Of a DNA stretch of 64,000 nt, positions 41,401 to 51,430 are shown in pieces; position 1 is the first letter of the stretch, and the number at the start of each line of letters is the position of its first letter. The DNA comes from an uncultured Methylomirabilota bacterium (lineage in GTDB: Bacteria > Methylomirabilota > Methylomirabilia > Methylomirabilales > 2-02-FULL-66-22), in assembly GCA_963845565.1 (NCBI GenBank), contig CAWJSJ010000002.1, positions 2,208,001 through 2,272,000 on the forward strand, written 5' to 3'. The translations under genes were made by a program, and so were the position numbers. The notes beneath the pieces are model-generated. The model was not told where the DNA came from and ran no database searches. It worked only from the letters and a program-made list of their open reading frames with translations.

Positions 41401-42252
41401 TTACCGCAACACGAGACCCACCCCGATCAGGGTGAGCGCCGCGCCCGCGATGGCGTTCCAGGTGAGGGGCTCGCCCACCAAGAGCCAGGCGAGCAGGATG
41501 CCCAGCGTGACTTCCTGGGTCGCGATCAGGTTGGGGAGGCTGGGATGCAATCGCCGGATCGCCGCATTGTAGAGCGTATGGCCGAGCGCGGACGGTACCA
41601 GGGCCATGGCGCACACGGCGACGAGGGCATGGCCGGGAAGGGTGGGTCGGATCAGGCTGGCGGCGAAGGGGCTGGTGACCAGGCCGGCGACGAGGTACAC
41701 GCCCGCGGCGTACGTGAGGAGGGGGAGGCGACCGCGCTCGCGCCGGCCGAGGAGCGAGTACAGGGCGAAGGTGACCGCGGCGACGACGGCCAGCGCGTCG
41801 CCCACCAGCATCCGCCGATCGAGTCGCGGCTCGAAGCCGGCCAGGACGCCGACCCCGATCAGGGCGACGGCGGCACCCGGGAGCGTCCGGCGGGGAAGGG
41901 GTTCTTTCAACACGAGCCACGAGAGGGCGGCGATGAACAAGGGGGCGGTGTAGGTCAGCGTGAGGGTATGCGCCACCGTTGTGTAATATAGGGAGGCAAT
42001 GAAGCTCAGGAAATGCCCGGCTGCGACGAGCCCGATGGGGGCGAGGCGGGCCCACTCGGCCGCGGCCAGCCTCAATCGCTCTCCGGCCGTCCGGGCGGCC
42101 GCGCCGACGAACACGGCGGCAAGGAGCAGGCGGAGGCTGGTCACCTCTACGGGCGAGAGGTCGCCGGCCCACCGGACCAGAACGGCGCCCGTGGAGAAAC
42201 AGAGGGTGGCGGCAACTGCCTGGGCGACACCGACCCATTCGTCGTGTATCAT
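41401..42252 (-). CDS. DMT/EamA family transporter
   Basis: About 10 TM helices in two repeats; YTTVA, LVLKE, LLVGEP; start uncertain (42252 or 42270). Confidence 0.88.
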   Translation of the reverse strand: MIHDEWVGVAQAVAATLCFSTGAVLVRWAGDLSPVEVTSLRLLLAAVFVGAAARTAGERLRLAAAEWARLAPIGLVAAGHFLSFIASLYYTTVAHTLTLTYTAPLFIAALSWLVLKEPLPRRTLPGAAVALIGVGVLAGFEPRLDRRMLVGDALAVVAAVTFALYSLLGRRERGRLPLLTYAAGVYLVAGLVTSPFAASLIRPTLPGHALVAVCAMALVPSALGHTLYNAAIRRLHPSLPNLIATQEVTLGILLAWLLVGEPLTWNAIAGAALTLIGVGLVLR

Positions 42253-42273
42253 GACGCCGGACGCTAACATATG

Positions 42274-42343
42274 GAGAGCCGAGAGCCAAGAACCGAAAAT
42301 GACGAGCCGCGAGCCGCGAGCGACGGGCCAGGAGCCGAGAGGG
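42274..42343 (+). repeat. Heptamer tandem repeat (RMGAGCC) x10
   Basis: gagagcc gagagcc aagaacc gaaaatg acgagcc gcgagcc gcgagcg acgggcc aggagcc gagaggg. Confidence 0.8.
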
Positions 42344-42482
42344 GAGCGATAAGAGATTGGGCGCGAACGCGAAATCCGGCAGGGGCGGTGCCGCATCCCG
42401 CTGTCGGATGCCGCTGTCGTTGGTCGTCGCCAGGCCAGGAAGCGTTTGACAAGCCGGAAGATCGCATGCTACAAGGACCCGC

Positions 42483-43709
42483 ATGATTTCCGCCCCAGGC
42501 CGACGCGTCTACACGGTCAGCGCGCTCACCACTGAGGTCAAGGCCGTCCTGGAGGATAGCTTTCCGGCCATCTGGGTGGAAGGCGAGATCTCCAACTTTA
42601 AACACCACACCTCCGGCCACATGTACTTCACGCTGAAGGACGCCCAGGCCCAGATCCGGGGGGTGATGTTCCGCGGCCACAATCGACTGTTGCGGTTCCA
42701 GCCGACGGACGGACTGGCGGTCCTAGTGTGCGGGGCGGTGACGGTCTACGAGCGGCGGGGGGATTACCAGATCACCGCCGAGTTCATGGAGCCCAAGGGG
42801 GTCGGCGCCCTCCAGCTCGCCTTCGAGCAGCTCAAGGCCAGGCTGGAGGCAGAGGGACTCTTCCGCGACAGCCGCAAGCGGCCGCTCCCGCTTCTCCCGA
42901 GGAAGATCGGCATCGTCACCTCCCCGACGGGTGCCGTGATCCGCGACATGTTGACGATCATCGGGCGGCGGTTTCCCGGGTTGGAGGTTCTGATCCACCC
43001 GGTGGCGGTCCAGGGGGCCGGCGCGGCGGGGGAGATCGCCGCCGCACTCCGGCGGCTGGGGTCGCGGGAGGATCTGGACGTCCTGATCGTGGCCCGCGGC
43101 GGCGGATCGCTGGAGGACCTCTGGGCGTTCAATGAAGAAATCGTGGCGCGCGCGTTGGCGGCAAGTCCCATTCCCGTCATCTCCGCGGTGGGGCACGAAA
43201 CCGATGTCACCATCGCGGATTTCGTGGCGGATCTTCGGGCCCCGACCCCGTCGGCGGCGGCGGAACTGGTGGTGGCTCAGCGGGATGAGCTCCGGCAGCG
43301 GGTGGACGAGCTCACGGCGCGTGGCCTGTCGGCCCTCCAGCGCGTCATGACAGTGCGGCGAAGTCGGGTGGAGATGCTGGGCCGTCATCTCCTCCTCCTC
43401 AGCCCCGTTGCCCGACTCGCCCGACAAGCGGACCGCCTCCAGGATCTGCGCCGGCGTCTGGGGGCGTGGTGGGTGTTATTCCGGACGGTGCGGAGCGAGC
43501 GGCTGGCTCGCGCGGCGGCGACGCTGGAGTCGCTCAGCCCGCTGGGGATTCTGGGGCGAGGGTACAGTATCTGTTTCGCGCTTCCCGGCCGCCGGATTCT
43601 GAAAGCGGCTGCCGAGGTCAACCAGGGTTCGACGGTGGCGGTGCGTCTCCATCAGGGCGAGCTGCAGTGTGTGGTGCAGGCGGTTCAATCCAAAGAGGAG
43701 CCAACATGA
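42483..43709 (+). CDS. xseA: Exodeoxyribonuclease VII large subunit
   Basis: WVEGEISN, SGHMYFTLKD, RGGGSLEDLW, VGHETD, APTPSAAAE. Confidence 0.96.
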   Translation: MISAPGRRVYTVSALTTEVKAVLEDSFPAIWVEGEISNFKHHTSGHMYFTLKDAQAQIRGVMFRGHNRLLRFQPTDGLAVLVCGAVTVYERRGDYQITAEFMEPKGVGALQLAFEQLKARLEAEGLFRDSRKRPLPLLPRKIGIVTSPTGAVIRDMLTIIGRRFPGLEVLIHPVAVQGAGAAGEIAAALRRLGSREDLDVLIVARGGGSLEDLWAFNEEIVARALAASPIPVISAVGHETDVTIADFVADLRAPTPSAAAELVVAQRDELRQRVDELTARGLSALQRVMTVRRSRVEMLGRHLLLLSPVARLARQADRLQDLRRRLGAWWVLFRTVRSERLARAAATLESLSPLGILGRGYSICFALPGRRILKAAAEVNQGSTVAVRLHQGELQCVVQAVQSKEEPT

Positions 43710-43951
43710 GCGAACCGGCATTCGAGGAGGCGCTGGGCCAGCTCGAGGCGGTGGTGGCCCGACTGGAGGAGGGCAACCTTCCGCTGGAAGATGCCCTGCG
43801 GGCCTTCGAGGACGGGGTGCGGCTCACGCGGATCTGCGCAGGGCGACTCGAGGATGCGGAGCAACGCGTGCGCCTCCTGACGCAAGCGCCGGACGGGTCG
43901 GAGATCGAGGTCCCGTTTGCCGCGCGGAACGAAGGAGCGACCGATGCCTGA
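43706..43951 (+). CDS. xseB: Exodeoxyribonuclease VII small subunit
   Basis: FEEALGQLE..V..LEEG.LPLE.AL..FE.G. Confidence 0.93.
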   Translation: MSEPAFEEALGQLEAVVARLEEGNLPLEDALRAFEDGVRLTRICAGRLEDAEQRVRLLTQAPDGSEIEVPFAARNEGATDA

Positions 43952-44852
43952 GGCGCCAGCAACGCGAGACCTGACCACGCTCATGACAGAGCGCCGGGCG
44001 TCGGTGGACGGGGCACTGGACCGGTGGCTGCCGCCGGCAACCGAACCGCCGTCCACCATCCACGAGGCGATGCGCTACAGCGTGTTCGCCGGGGGGAAGC
44101 GGCTACGCCCCCTGCTGGCCCTGTTCGGTTGCGAGGCGGTGGGCGGGACACCGGAGGATGCCATGCCGGGGGCAGTGGCACTGGAGCTCATCCACACTTA
44201 TTCTCTGGTGCACGACGACCTTCCGGCCATGGACGACGACGACTTTCGACGGGGTCGGCCGACGTGCCACAAGGTCTATGGGGAAGCGATCGCCATCTTG
44301 GCAGGAGACGCACTCCTCACCCACGCTTTCCAGGTGTTGGCGGACCAGACCGCGGCCGAAGTCCCGGCGCCGCGGCGCCTCCGGATGATCGCCGAGATCG
44401 CCGCCGCCGCGGGGAGCGTCGGCATGGTGGGCGGACAGACGATGGACATCCAGGCTGAAGGGAAGACACTGGATCCGGCCACGCTTCTGACGCTGCACTC
44501 CAAGAAGACCGGCGCACTGCTCCGTGTCTCGCTCAGGGTCGGAGGGCTGGCGGGCGGGGCGGACGAGGCCGCACTGGCCCACCTCACGCGGTACGGAGAG
44601 CGGTTGGGCCTGGCCTTCCAGATTGTGGACGACATCCTGGACATCGAAGGGAACAGCGCAGAGATGGGAAAGACCGCGGGCAGCGATCTGCGCAAGCACA
44701 AGGCGACCTATCCGGCCGTCTTCGGTCTGGAGGCGTCCCGCCGAGAAGCGGCGCGACTGCTCGGCGAAGCCCGCGACGCGGTGCGACCGTTCGGAGAGAC
44801 AGGGGCGATGTTGGTCGCCCTGGCGGATTTTGTAGGCCAGCGACGGTCGTGA
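43944..44852 (+). CDS. ispA: Farnesyl/geranylgeranyl diphosphate synthase
   Basis: GGKRLRP, HDDLPAMD, RRG, FQIVDDILD. Confidence 0.95.
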   Translation: MPEAPATRDLTTLMTERRASVDGALDRWLPPATEPPSTIHEAMRYSVFAGGKRLRPLLALFGCEAVGGTPEDAMPGAVALELIHTYSLVHDDLPAMDDDDFRRGRPTCHKVYGEAIAILAGDALLTHAFQVLADQTAAEVPAPRRLRMIAEIAAAAGSVGMVGGQTMDIQAEGKTLDPATLLTLHSKKTGALLRVSLRVGGLAGGADEAALAHLTRYGERLGLAFQIVDDILDIEGNSAEMGKTAGSDLRKHKATYPAVFGLEASRREAARLLGEARDAVRPFGETGAMLVALADFVGQRRS

Positions 44853-44865
44853 CGGAGGACGAAGG

Positions 44866-44912
44866 GGCGACAGGGACAGGGACGGGGACAGCGACAGGGA
44901 TATAGATAGGGA
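44866..44912 (+). repeat. Degenerate hexamer tandem repeat (GGGACA)
   Basis: ggcgacagggacagggacggggacagcgacagggatatagataggga. Confidence 0.6.
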
Positions 44913-44979
44913 TGGCGCGTCGGGGGTCCGGGTCTTGCTGCCGGGCTTCTCGATTGAGTAGGTGAAGGAGGGGGATCGC

Positions 44980-46884
44980 GTGTACCTGGAACAGATTGAG
45001 TGTCCGGCCGATCTGAAGAAGCTCGATCGGTCGGTCCTGCCGAAAGTGGCGGACGAGATCCGCGAGTTGATCATCACGACGGTGGCTAGAACCGGGGGCC
45101 ATCTGGCCTCCAATCTCGGCACCGTAGAATTGACGCTGGCGCTCCACTCGGTGTTCAACTCGCCCGAGGACAAGATCCTGTGGGACGTCGGCCATCAGGC
45201 CTACACCCACAAGATCCTGACAGGCCGGCGGGACCGATTTTCCAGCCTCCGGCAGGAGCGGGGGCTCAGTGGGTTCACCCGGCGCGACGAGAGCCCGCAC
45301 GACCCGTTCGGCGCGGCGCACGCGGGGACGGCCATCTCTGCTGCCGTGGGGATGGCGGAGGCGCGGGCCCTGACCGGGCAGCGGTATCGGATCGCGGCGG
45401 TGGTGGGCGACGGGGCGCTCACCTCCGGAATGGTCTGGGAGGGCTTGAATCACGCCGGCGACCTCAAGCGGGACCTCTTGTTCATCTTGAACGACAACAC
45501 CATGTCCATCTCGCAGAACGTGGGGGCGGTGTCCGCCTACCTCAACCGCGTGCTCACCGGCCCGCTCGCGGTCCGCGTCCGGACGGAGACGCAGCACATC
45601 TTGGGGCACATCCCTCGCGTCGGGCCGCGCATGGCCGAGATGGCCAAACGAGTCGAGGAGATGGCGAAGGGCCTGGTGACGCCCGGCGTGCTCTTCGAGG
45701 AACTGGGCTTCAACTACGTCGGGCCCATCGACGGACACAACCTGGACCACCTCCTGACCACGCTGGGAAACGTTGCCAACCTGCGCGGGCCGGTTCTCCT
45801 GCACGTCGTCACGGTCAAGGGGAAGGGGTACGCCCCGGCCGAAGGGGACGCCGTCAAGTGGCACGGCGCTGCCCCGTTCGAGGTGGAGACCGGGACCTTC
45901 ATGAAGAAGGCCTCTCCCATGACCTACACCGACGCCTTCGCCCAGGCCCTGATCAAGCTGGCCGACGAGGACGAGCGGGTGGTGGGGGTGACGGCGGCCA
46001 TGGCGGAGGGGACGGGGCTGGCGAAATTCCAGCGGGCTCACCCGACGCGCTTCTTCGACGTCGGCATCGCCGAGCAGCATGCCGTGGTCTTCGCGGCCGG
46101 ACTGGCAACCCAGGGGATGCGGCCGGTGGCCGCGATCTACTCGACGTTCCTCCAACGGGGCTACGACCAGGTGATCCACGACGTCTGCCTGCAGCGGCTC
46201 CCGGTGACCTTCGCCATGGATCGGGCGGGGATCGTGGGGGACGATGGCCCGACCCACCAGGGACTCTACGACCTCGCGTTCCTGCGGACGGTTCCCAACA
46301 TGGTGATCCTGGCCCCCCGGGACGAGAACGACCTCCAGCACTGCCTGAAGACGGCCATCGACTCCGGCGGGCCTGCGGCCATCCGGTATCCGCGTGGTGC
46401 GGGGAACGGCGTGGCGATCGAGCAGGAGGCGCGCGCCTATGCGCTGGGAACGGCAGAGTTGCTTCGTGACGGCGAGGACGTCCTCCTCCTGCCGCTCGGC
46501 ACGCTGGTCGGCCCCGCCCTGGACGCGGCCGGTCGCCTGGCGCGGGCCGGCATCTCGGCCGCGGTGATCAACCCGCGCTTCGTCAAGCCGCTGGATCGGT
46601 CGCTGATTCCGGACATGGCGCGTCGGGTGGGGCGGGTGGTGACGATCGAGGAGCACATGCTGGCCGGGGGATTCGGATCGGCGGTGCTGGAGTTGTTCGA
46701 GGAGTTGCGCCTCGACGGCGTTCAGGTCCGGCGACTGGGGATCCCGGACGTGCTGGTGGAGCAGGGGACCCAGGCCGGCATGCGGGCGCGTTTCGGTCTC
46801 ACGGCGGAAGGGATCCAGGCGGCCGCCGAGGATCTCGTGCGGGAGCCGGCATTGGAGGCCCGCCGAGGCGAAGGCGCGGTGTGA
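44980..46884 (+). CDS. dxs: 1-deoxy-D-xylulose-5-phosphate synthase
   Basis: GGHLASNLG, WDVGHQ, GDGA..NDN, IAEQHA, DGPTH, IRYPRG. Confidence 0.97.
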   Translation: MYLEQIECPADLKKLDRSVLPKVADEIRELIITTVARTGGHLASNLGTVELTLALHSVFNSPEDKILWDVGHQAYTHKILTGRRDRFSSLRQERGLSGFTRRDESPHDPFGAAHAGTAISAAVGMAEARALTGQRYRIAAVVGDGALTSGMVWEGLNHAGDLKRDLLFILNDNTMSISQNVGAVSAYLNRVLTGPLAVRVRTETQHILGHIPRVGPRMAEMAKRVEEMAKGLVTPGVLFEELGFNYVGPIDGHNLDHLLTTLGNVANLRGPVLLHVVTVKGKGYAPAEGDAVKWHGAAPFEVETGTFMKKASPMTYTDAFAQALIKLADEDERVVGVTAAMAEGTGLAKFQRAHPTRFFDVGIAEQHAVVFAAGLATQGMRPVAAIYSTFLQRGYDQVIHDVCLQRLPVTFAMDRAGIVGDDGPTHQGLYDLAFLRTVPNMVILAPRDENDLQHCLKTAIDSGGPAAIRYPRGAGNGVAIEQEARAYALGTAELLRDGEDVLLLPLGTLVGPALDAAGRLARAGISAAVINPRFVKPLDRSLIPDMARRVGRVVTIEEHMLAGGFGSAVLELFEELRLDGVQVRRLGIPDVLVEQGTQAGMRARFGLTAEGIQAAAEDLVREPALEARRGEGAV

Positions 46885-47675
46885 GGGTCGACCGGCGCCG
46901 CGCCGATCTGTTGCTGGTGGAGCGGGGCGTGTGCGCCAGCCGGGCCGAGGCGCAGCGACTGCTGCTGGCAGGGAAGGTCCGAGCCGCGGGCCAGCGCGTG
47001 GACAAGCCCGGCGCGCTGCTGCCGGCCGATACCGCACTGGAGGTCAGCGGACCGGACCACCCCTTCGTCAGCCGGGGTGGGGTGAAGCTGCGGCACGCGC
47101 TCACGACCTTCGGGGTTCAGGTCCGCGACCGCGTCTGTCTGGACGTGGGCGCCTCCACGGGGGGATTCACCGACTGCCTGCTCCAGGCGGGGGCGCGCCT
47201 CGTGGTTGCGGTGGACGTGGGATACGGCCAGCTGCACTCGCGGCTCCGGCAAGACGTCCGGGTGCATGTGCTCGAACGGACCAACATTCGGCACCTCGAG
47301 CGGTCTCGGCTTCCGTCGACCCCGGATCTGGCCACCATCGATGCCTCCTTCATCTCGCTGGCCCTTGTGCTGCCGCCTGTCTGGCGGCTGCTCGGGCGCC
47401 CCTGCGAGGCGGTGATCCTGGTGAAACCGCAGTTCGAGGTGGGGAAGGGCGAGGTGGGGAAGCGGGGCGTGGTGCGTGATCCGACCCTGCACCGGGCGGT
47501 ACTGGAGCGGGTGGCGGCGTTCGCCACCGACCTGGGCTGCGGGGTGCGGGGGATCACGCCGTCTCCCCTGCTCGGACCCATGGGGAACCGCGAGTTCCTG
47601 ATGCACCTCACGAGCGGCGCCACCGCGGATGTCGCGGCGCTGGTCGCGCAGGCCATGGCCGGCGCGACGGACTGA
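46881..47675 (+). CDS. tlyA: TlyA family rRNA 2'-O-methyltransferase
   Basis: S4 domain, FVSRGGVKL, LDVGASTGGFTD, SFISL, VKPQFE, GNREF. Confidence 0.94.
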   Translation: MRVDRRRADLLLVERGVCASRAEAQRLLLAGKVRAAGQRVDKPGALLPADTALEVSGPDHPFVSRGGVKLRHALTTFGVQVRDRVCLDVGASTGGFTDCLLQAGARLVVAVDVGYGQLHSRLRQDVRVHVLERTNIRHLERSRLPSTPDLATIDASFISLALVLPPVWRLLGRPCEAVILVKPQFEVGKGEVGKRGVVRDPTLHRAVLERVAAFATDLGCGVRGITPSPLLGPMGNREFLMHLTSGATADVAALVAQAMAGATD

Positions 47676-47687
47676 AGAGGAACGATC

Positions 47688-48551
47688 ATGGCCATGCGAC
47701 GGGTGGGGGTCGCGCTGAAGCCGAATAAACCCGAGGCGGGCGCGGTCGTCCAGGAGCTGCTGACCTGGCTTCGGCAGCGAGACCGCGAGATCCTGCTCGA
47801 CCCGGCGGCGGCTGCCGCCTGTCCGGGCTGCGGACCGGGTCTGTCGCGCGCCGCCATGGTGGCCGAGGCGGATGTGGTTGTCGTCTTGGGCGGCGACGGG
47901 ACGATCCTGTCCGTCGCGCGGTTGATGGGGGCCAGGCAAGTCCCTATCTTGGGGGTGAACCTCGGCGGCCTGGGATTCCTCACGGAAGTCACCCTGCCCG
48001 AGCTCTTTCCGGCTCTGGAGGCCGTGCTGCGAGGCGAATGCGCGATGAGCCACCGGCGGATGCTGGCGGCCGAGGTGCGGCGGGCCGGCCAGGCCGTCGG
48101 GGAGTACGAGGCACTGAACGACGTCGTCATCACCAAGACGGCGCCGTCGCGGATCGTGGAACTGGAGACGTTCGTCAACGGGGAATACGTGACGACCTAC
48201 CGGGCGGACGGCCTCATCGTCGCCACCCCCACCGGTTCCACAGCTTATTGCCTGTCCGCGGGAGGCCCCATCCTCTACCCCTCGCTCCCCGCGCTGGTGG
48301 TCATCCCGATCTGTCCGCACACACTGACCAACCGACCGCTGGTGCTGCCGGACGGCGCTCGGGTCGAGGTCGTGCAGCGATCGGTGGGTGAGGACGTACA
48401 CCTGACCGTGGACGGGCAAGTGGACGTGAAGCTTCAGCACGGCGATACCGTGGTCGTGGGACGGTCGGCACATTCCGTCACCCTCGTGAAGTCGCCCAAG
48501 CTGAACTACTTCGAACTCCTCCGGACCAAACTCCGGTGGGGCGAGCGCTAG
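47688..48551 (+). CDS. nadK: NAD kinase
   Basis: GGDGT, NLGGLGFL, ALND, TPTGSTAY. Confidence 0.95.
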   Translation: MAMRRVGVALKPNKPEAGAVVQELLTWLRQRDREILLDPAAAAACPGCGPGLSRAAMVAEADVVVVLGGDGTILSVARLMGARQVPILGVNLGGLGFLTEVTLPELFPALEAVLRGECAMSHRRMLAAEVRRAGQAVGEYEALNDVVITKTAPSRIVELETFVNGEYVTTYRADGLIVATPTGSTAYCLSAGGPILYPSLPALVVIPICPHTLTNRPLVLPDGARVEVVQRSVGEDVHLTVDGQVDVKLQHGDTVVVGRSAHSVTLVKSPKLNYFELLRTKLRWGER

Positions 48552-48591
48552 GGTCGCCCCGCAGCACGCACACGGGCGAGAGGCGGTCGGT

Positions 48592-50304
48592 ATGCTCCGC
48601 GAGCTCACCATCAAGAACGTGGCGGTCATCGACGCCTTGACGGTCTCCTTCGTTCCGGGGTTGAACATTCTCACCGGCGAGACCGGGGCGGGGAAATCCA
48701 TCCTCATCGATGCCCTCCAGCTCGTGCTGGGGGCGCGGAGCAGCGAGGAATTGCTCCGCACGGGGTCCGATGAGGCGGTGGTAGAGGCGGCCTTCGATCC
48801 GCCGGCCGACGCCGATAGCCGCGCCAGGCTCGACGCCGAAGGGATCGCCATCGAGGCGGGAGAGTTCCTGATCCTCCGCCGTCACCTGTTGCGCGACGGA
48901 AAAAGCAAGGCGTATGTTGGCGGCCGGCTCACCTCCGCCGCCACCCTGCGGGCGCTCGCCGAATCGCTGGTCGACATTCACGGACAGCATCCCGGCCAGC
49001 CCCTCCTGGATCCCCGGCGGCACCGCGACTTCGTGGACGCGTACGCCGGCATCCTCGCGGAGGTCGCGCTGTATCGAGACCACTACGCCCAGTGGCAGGC
49101 GCTCCGCCGGGAGCGGGAGGAGCTGATGGCCGCCGAGCGCGAGCGAACGCGCCGGACGGAGCTCTTGGAGTTCCAACGGCGGGAACTCGAGGCCGCGCGT
49201 CTGGCGTCCGGGGAGGAGGAGTCCCTGGCCGCGGAGCGCGCGATTCTGGTTCATCACGAACGGCTGTTTTCTACGGTGGAGCAGGCGTATGTGGACGTGG
49301 AGGAATCCGATGGCGCGGTCCTGACCCGCCTGGGCGGGCTGGCGACGCGATTGCGGGAAGCGGCGTCCATCGATCCGCGCCTGCAGGACGTCCTGGAGGC
49401 GCTGGAAGCGGCCATGGTCCAGCTCGGCGAAGCGGCGCGAGGGCTGCGGGATTACCGCGGCCGGATCGAGTTCGACCCGCAGCGCCTCGATGCGATCGAG
49501 GTGCGCCTGCACGAGCTCGGTCGGCTGAAGCGGAAGTATGGCGGCACGGTTGACGATCTCCTGGGACAGCTCGCCGGCGCCCGGCGGGACCTGGACGGTT
49601 TGGAGCGATCCGGCGCGCGCCTCCAGGAGGTGGAGCGCACTCTCGAGGCGTCCCGCACGGATCTCGTGCGCCGGGCCCGGCAACTGTCGGCCGCGCGCAG
49701 CCGGGCGGCGCTGTCGCTCCAGCAGGCGGTGCTGGGCGAGCTGGTGCAGCTCGGTATGGCCAAGGCGGCCTTCGAAGTCCGGGTGGCTGCGCCCTCCGCG
49801 GATGAGGCCGTGCTGGGCCCCCACGGAGCGGACACTGTCGAGTTCCTGCTCTCGCCGAATCCCGGCGAGGCGCTCAAGCCGCTTCACAAGATCGCCTCGG
49901 GCGGCGAACTCTCACGCGTGATGCTGGCCATCCGAACCATCCTGGCATCGGCGGACCGGACGCCCACCGTGATCTTCGACGAGGTGGACGCGGGCATCGG
50001 CGGGAGCATGGGGGAGGTGGTCGGACGGAAGTTGCTCGCCGTCTCTCGGCGACACCAGGTCCTCTGCGTGACGCATCTGCCGCAGATCGCCTGTTTCGGG
50101 GACCTGCACCTCGTCGTGCACAAACGCACCCAGGCGGACCACACGGAGACCACGACGCGGGTCCTGGGTGACGACGATCGGGCGCGGGAAGTCGCCCGCA
50201 TGCTGGGCGGCCCCAGTCGGTCAGGCACGGCCCTCGACCATGCGAATGAATTATTGGGGGCGGCTGCGCGTCTGAAGAAGCGAATGAAGGGGGCGATCGG
50301 GTGA
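48592..50304 (+). CDS. recN: DNA repair protein RecN
   Basis: TGETGAGKS, DIHGQH, SGGELSR, FDEVDAG, THLPQ. Confidence 0.96.
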   Translation: MLRELTIKNVAVIDALTVSFVPGLNILTGETGAGKSILIDALQLVLGARSSEELLRTGSDEAVVEAAFDPPADADSRARLDAEGIAIEAGEFLILRRHLLRDGKSKAYVGGRLTSAATLRALAESLVDIHGQHPGQPLLDPRRHRDFVDAYAGILAEVALYRDHYAQWQALRREREELMAAERERTRRTELLEFQRRELEAARLASGEEESLAAERAILVHHERLFSTVEQAYVDVEESDGAVLTRLGGLATRLREAASIDPRLQDVLEALEAAMVQLGEAARGLRDYRGRIEFDPQRLDAIEVRLHELGRLKRKYGGTVDDLLGQLAGARRDLDGLERSGARLQEVERTLEASRTDLVRRARQLSAARSRAALSLQQAVLGELVQLGMAKAAFEVRVAAPSADEAVLGPHGADTVEFLLSPNPGEALKPLHKIASGGELSRVMLAIRTILASADRTPTVIFDEVDAGIGGSMGEVVGRKLLAVSRRHQVLCVTHLPQIACFGDLHLVVHKRTQADHTETTTRVLGDDDRAREVARMLGGPSRSGTALDHANELLGAAARLKKRMKGAIG

Positions 50305-50410
50305 GGGGCTGAACCGAAGGGTGCTCCAAACCGTGCACACGCAACCCATATGGAGTATCCAGAGCGCCAGTAGAATGGGCGTCGGAAATCGTTGGCGGTC
50401 TGAGGCACGG

Positions 50411-50423
50411 CAACTTCTTGAAA
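50411..50423 (-). promoter_or_regulatory. Putative IHF site
   Basis: Reverse strand reads TTTCAAGAAGTTG versus consensus WATCAANNNNTTR (one mismatch); lies upstream of the sigma54 motif. Confidence 0.35.
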
Positions 50424-50460
50424 ACACAGGAGACGAAAAACTGGACGTGCAATGGGCTGC

Positions 50461-50476
50461 TGGCACAATTTCTGCT
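50461..50476 (+). promoter_or_regulatory. Sigma54 (-24/-12) promoter
   Basis: TGGCAC-AATTT-CTGCT, GG-N10-GC spacing. Confidence 0.7.
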
Positions 50477-50541
50477 TGAATAGCATCGATTTTTGAATCG
50501 GGTCTTTTTTGAATTTCGATCAGAGAGGAGGTGAATCGAGA

Positions 50542-50910
50542 ATGAAGAAGATGATCGTGTTGGCTCTGGCTCTGGCCGTTGCGTTCTCTTTCTCCGCTGT
50601 GTCTTTCGCTGGTGAGACCAAGAAGGCAGAGGAGAAGGCCCCGGCGGCTGCTCCGGCGGCTCCGGCCCCGGCGGCTGCTCCGGCTCCGGCTCCTGAGAAG
50701 AAAGCCCCCGCGAAGGCCGAGAAGAAGGCCCCCGCGAAGGGCGAGATGAAGGCCGAGAAGAAGGCCCCCGCGAAGGGCGAGATGAAGGGCGCCGCGAAGG
50801 GCGAGATGAAGGCCCCAGTGAAGGGCGAGATGAAGGCGGCTCCCGCTCCGGCGGCTCCGGCGGCTCCGGCCCCGGCTCCTGAGAAGAAGGCCGAGGAGAA
50901 GAAGAAGTAG
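50542..50910 (+). CDS. Secreted low-complexity Ala/Pro/Lys/Glu protein with KGEMK repeats
   Basis: GAGGAGG RBS, Sec signal peptide (VSFA), AKGEMK-type unit x4, own terminator. Confidence 0.85.
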   Translation: MKKMIVLALALAVAFSFSAVSFAGETKKAEEKAPAAAPAAPAPAAAPAPAPEKKAPAKAEKKAPAKGEMKAEKKAPAKGEMKGAAKGEMKAPVKGEMKAAPAPAAPAAPAPAPEKKAEEKKK

Positions 50911-50945
50911 TCCTTCTCGTCAGCACTCTGTCCTGTTTCGGCTTT

Positions 50946-50985
50946 AACAGCAAGGGCATCCCGACGGGGATGCCCTTGCTGTTTT
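50946..50985 (+). terminator. Intrinsic terminator
   Basis: AACAGCAAGGGCATCCC-GAC-GGGATGCCCTTGCTGTT followed by TT. Confidence 0.85.
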
Positions 50986-51084
50986 CGGGCCGGCGGAACT
51001 CGACAAAACGCTTGACTTCTCCATCGGCTTCAACTACATATGCCGCACGTTGTCCGGTCGTGTGGAGGAGGGCCATTCCGACAA

Positions 51085-51292
51085 GTGAATAGGTGAGGCC
51101 GAGTGGTCCCCGTCTGGGGATCCGTGAGGGAAAATGGTGAGCTCCATCGGGTGCTGCGACCCCCGGAGCGAGTCCATTGCTGCCCCGCAACTGTGAGCGG
51201 CGTTGAAATCTGCAGAGGCCACTGTCCCGCCTGTGGCGGGATGGGAAGGCGCAGAGAGTAAGCCAAGCCGCGAGCCAGGAAACCTGCTCAGC
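51085..51292 (+). ncRNA. Cobalamin riboswitch 1
   Basis: AGGT...AGGGAA..TGGTG...TCCA..CTGCCCCGCAACTGT...GCCACTG...GGGAAGG...AGCCAGGAAACCTG upstream of btuF. Confidence 0.92.
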
Positions 51293-51430
51293 CTTTCGGG
51301 TGTTGTGATCCCTCCGCGGGGAGGGGCCGCCCAACTCTCCCAGTCCTCCATGTCGTTCTCGGACTGCTGGATCGTGGCGCCCCTGTCCGTCGGTTGCGGA
51401 TCGGGGCGTTTCTGTTTTTCGGGGAGTGGC

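Noticed and set aside
44584..47037. 817-aa minus-strand ORF
   Set aside because: Antisense shadow of dxs.
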